The translations under genes and the position numbers were made by a program. From the NCBI GenBank assembly GCA_028275775.1, contig JAPWTZ010000012.1:1-16692 (forward strand): 16,692 nucleotides of DNA, read 5' to 3'. This DNA comes from Candidatus Nanopusillus sp. (GTDB taxonomy: Archaea > Nanobdellota > Nanobdellia > Nanobdellales > Nanobdellaceae). This document shows, piece by piece, positions 14,868 through 16,692 of this stretch (position 1 is its first letter; each line of letters starts with the position of its first letter). Under the pieces are notes generated by a model. That model was given only the letters and a program-made list of their open reading frames with translations. It was not told the DNA's origin and made no database searches.

Positions 14868-15365
14868 TTATAAATAATATTTTGAAAGGTATTCTAAAAT
14901 ATTTTTTATTCCAAAAACATATTTTTCTTTCATAGAAATTATTTCATATATAAAATTTAGCATATCTTTATAATCTGTAAATATATAAGGTTCTTTATTT
15001 AAATATTTTGATATATAATATTCTGAAACATTATATCCAATATTATAGAAATATTTGTTATTTTTTTGGATTAAATATTTATATTTTTCCTCTTTTTTAT
15101 AATTGTATAATAAAAAAGATAAAAATACTCCTTCTATTGGTAATATTAATATTGAATTTTCCTTTATTTCAATTTCTTCAACTTTTTTATATATATTTAA
15201 ATTAATTTTAAATCCCATATTGAATTTTTTATCTATTTTATTTATTATATCTAAAACAAAATCTTTTGTATTTGATTCTAATGCAATTATATTTATATTA
15301 GAATTTCTTTTGAATTTTTTTGAATTTCTAATCTCCCTTTTTGTCAATTTTTCATATATATTCAT
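14868..15365 (-). CDS. hypothetical protein (165 aa)
   Basis: A long same-strand ORF whose start overlaps the TGT stop (ATGA). I recognise no motif. Confidence 0.5.
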   Translation of the reverse strand: MNIYEKLTKREIRNSKKFKRNSNINIIALESNTKDFVLDIINKIDKKFNMGFKINLNIYKKVEEIEIKENSILILPIEGVFLSFLLYNYKKEEKYKYLIQKNNKYFYNIGYNVSEYYISKYLNKEPYIFTDYKDMLNFIYEIISMKEKYVFGIKNILEYLSKYYL

Positions 15366-16570
15366 TTTACATTTTTAAATGAATTAAATGGATATACATA
15401 ATCAAATATATCTTCAATATCTTTTTTATCAACCCTTTCATTTATCCTTTCTAATGCTCTTTTAACATCTATCCTAATTTCATTTAATTCCCCTCCATAA
15501 AATATTCCAGATCTCTTTCTTATTGGTTCTAAAGATTTTAAATAATTATAATATTTCTCTAAAATTAATCTTGTTGCTTTATATAATGAATAATGGGTAT
15601 GTGCCTTAATTAATATTAAATCTGTTAAATATTCATTTTTTATTGCATCTTTTGAAATTTCGATTTCTTTAATTAAACTATATAAATTATGTTCTGCTAA
15701 TATTTTTATTAATTCTTCATTATTATAATCTTTTATTTCTTCTATATGATATATATTGTTTTTTGTTTCAATATAAAAGTCCTTTATTTCATCATATCTA
15801 AATGTACCATATGGTGTTAATATTCTTTTATCTTTAGCAAATAATATATATGAAGCAGAATCAAATATATCAAAACCTAAATATATTGATAATGGAATTA
15901 TTAATGTATGACCCATTCCAAATAAATGTACAGGTTTATTAAATGGTAATAAAATCTTTGGTTCAAGTGAAAGTTCTAATAATTTATAAAAATTATAATT
16001 TATCATATATGGGACAATTGTACCAATTGCGAATATATCTACATCTAAATTTTTTACATATTCAGCAGCTTTTCTTCTTAGATCAATATATATTCCACCT
16101 TGTATTGCTCCATTAATTAATTTATCTCCTTTTAATTTTATTCCTTCCTTTATCCTTTCAATTGTAATATTTAATTCTTTTTCAGCTTCTTCTTTTGATT
16201 TATCAATATCTGTTGGTATATCTAAAACATTTAATATATCAGAATTTATTTTTATTTGATATTCAATAATTTCTTTATTTGTTATTTCTAAATCTTTTTT
16301 ATAATGCAACATTTGATATGCTCCAGAATCAGTTTCAATAATTCCATCAAAATTTAGGAATTTATGTATATCTCCATCAAATTTTTTTCTATATAAAATA
16401 TATGCATTTGTAATTATTGCATTAATTCTATATTTTTTTATTATATCTATTGGTAAAATATTTTTATATGGATTTATAACTGGTAAAAGTAGAGGTGTTT
16501 CTATTTTTTTATTTTTATATTTAATAATTCCTATTCTTCCAGCTCCATCTCTATGTTTTATTTCAAACAT
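15362..16570 (-). CDS. tgtA: archaeosine-type tRNA-guanine transglycosylase, catalytic domain only (no C2/PUA domains), cysteine-free
   Basis: MFEIKHRDGAGRIGIIKYKNKKIETPLLLPVINP, ETDSGAYQ, HLFGMGH and FDIFDSASY match ArcTGT catalytic-domain motifs, including both catalytic Asp contexts. It is 402 aa, versus about 580 aa for full-length ArcTGT. Confidence 0.88.
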   Translation of the reverse strand: MFEIKHRDGAGRIGIIKYKNKKIETPLLLPVINPYKNILPIDIIKKYRINAIITNAYILYRKKFDGDIHKFLNFDGIIETDSGAYQMLHYKKDLEITNKEIIEYQIKINSDILNVLDIPTDIDKSKEEAEKELNITIERIKEGIKLKGDKLINGAIQGGIYIDLRRKAAEYVKNLDVDIFAIGTIVPYMINYNFYKLLELSLEPKILLPFNKPVHLFGMGHTLIIPLSIYLGFDIFDSASYILFAKDKRILTPYGTFRYDEIKDFYIETKNNIYHIEEIKDYNNEELIKILAEHNLYSLIKEIEISKDAIKNEYLTDLILIKAHTHYSLYKATRLILEKYYNYLKSLEPIRKRSGIFYGGELNEIRIDVKRALERINERVDKKDIEDIFDYVYPFNSFKNVK

Positions 16571-16598
16571 TATTTTATAATATAAGAAAATTTTATTT

Positions 16599-16692
<94 letters not shown>

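Noticed and set aside
14868-15365. The 165-aa ORF as a circularly permuted L7Ae/L30e-fold protein. The C-terminal KYVFGIKNILEYLSK resembles the N-terminal GK..LG.K.T.K motif, and the N-terminal NINIIALESNTKD resembles the LVIIA.N.P strand.
   Set aside because: The similarity is limited to two short low-complexity strings with implausible spacing. I cannot support it without a profile or structure search.
4083-15378. Antisense shadow ORFs: 4083-4340, 4855-5088, 5987-6262, 6102-6293, 10931-11140, 10995-11222, 15008-15205 and 15103-15378.
   Set aside because: Each lies fully inside a longer, motif-supported gene on the opposite strand. Their translations are I/L/F/Y/N-rich low-complexity strings of the kind expected from A+T-rich DNA.

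Overview
This window looks like a compact archaeal genome. The coding DNA is very A+T-rich, and three sharply G+C-rich islands mark structural RNAs. That contrast is typical of a hyperthermophile with a reduced genome, and the overall picture is Nanoarchaeota/DPANN-like. That taxonomic assignment is inferred, not proven.

The RNA content is:
- a complete 23S rRNA (+, about 7723-10690) with its own long processing stem and no linked 16S or 5S;
- the 3' end of a 16S rRNA (-, about 16599-16692);
- a structured RNA of about 232 nt (+, 5703-5934), which I read as a miniaturised RNase P RNA.

The protein genes are:
- uL30 and uL16/L10e;
- a MoxR AAA+ / vWA pair;
- a HAD phosphatase;
- a tightly overlapping minus-strand cassette: a Sec61beta-like mini-ORF (not in the ORF track), a 150-aa unknown, a MinD/ParA ATPase, a Dph2 domain-1-only ORF and a DUF131-like membrane protein;
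- prolyl-tRNA synthetase with a roughly 75-aa insertion;
- a FlaI-type ATPase divergent from a FlaJ-type platform protein that is split into two ORFs;
- uS19 and a 165-aa unknown;
- a cysteine-free archaeosine-type tRNA-guanine transglycosylase without PUA domains.

Genes overlap by 1-23 nt. Divergent pairs are separated by only 32-41 bp that carry back-to-back TATA boxes.

The observations most worth follow-up are:
- the RNase P-like RNA, which has no room for P2/P3;
- the zinc-site-less TGT;
- the Dph2 fragment;
- substitutions in normally invariant rRNA motifs (sarcin-ricin loop, GTPase centre, 16S h44-h45 linker);
- a 16S 3' tail with no CCUCC;
- the split FlaJ with a coiled-coil extension.

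I saw no CRISPR array, transposase, integrase or tRNA gene.
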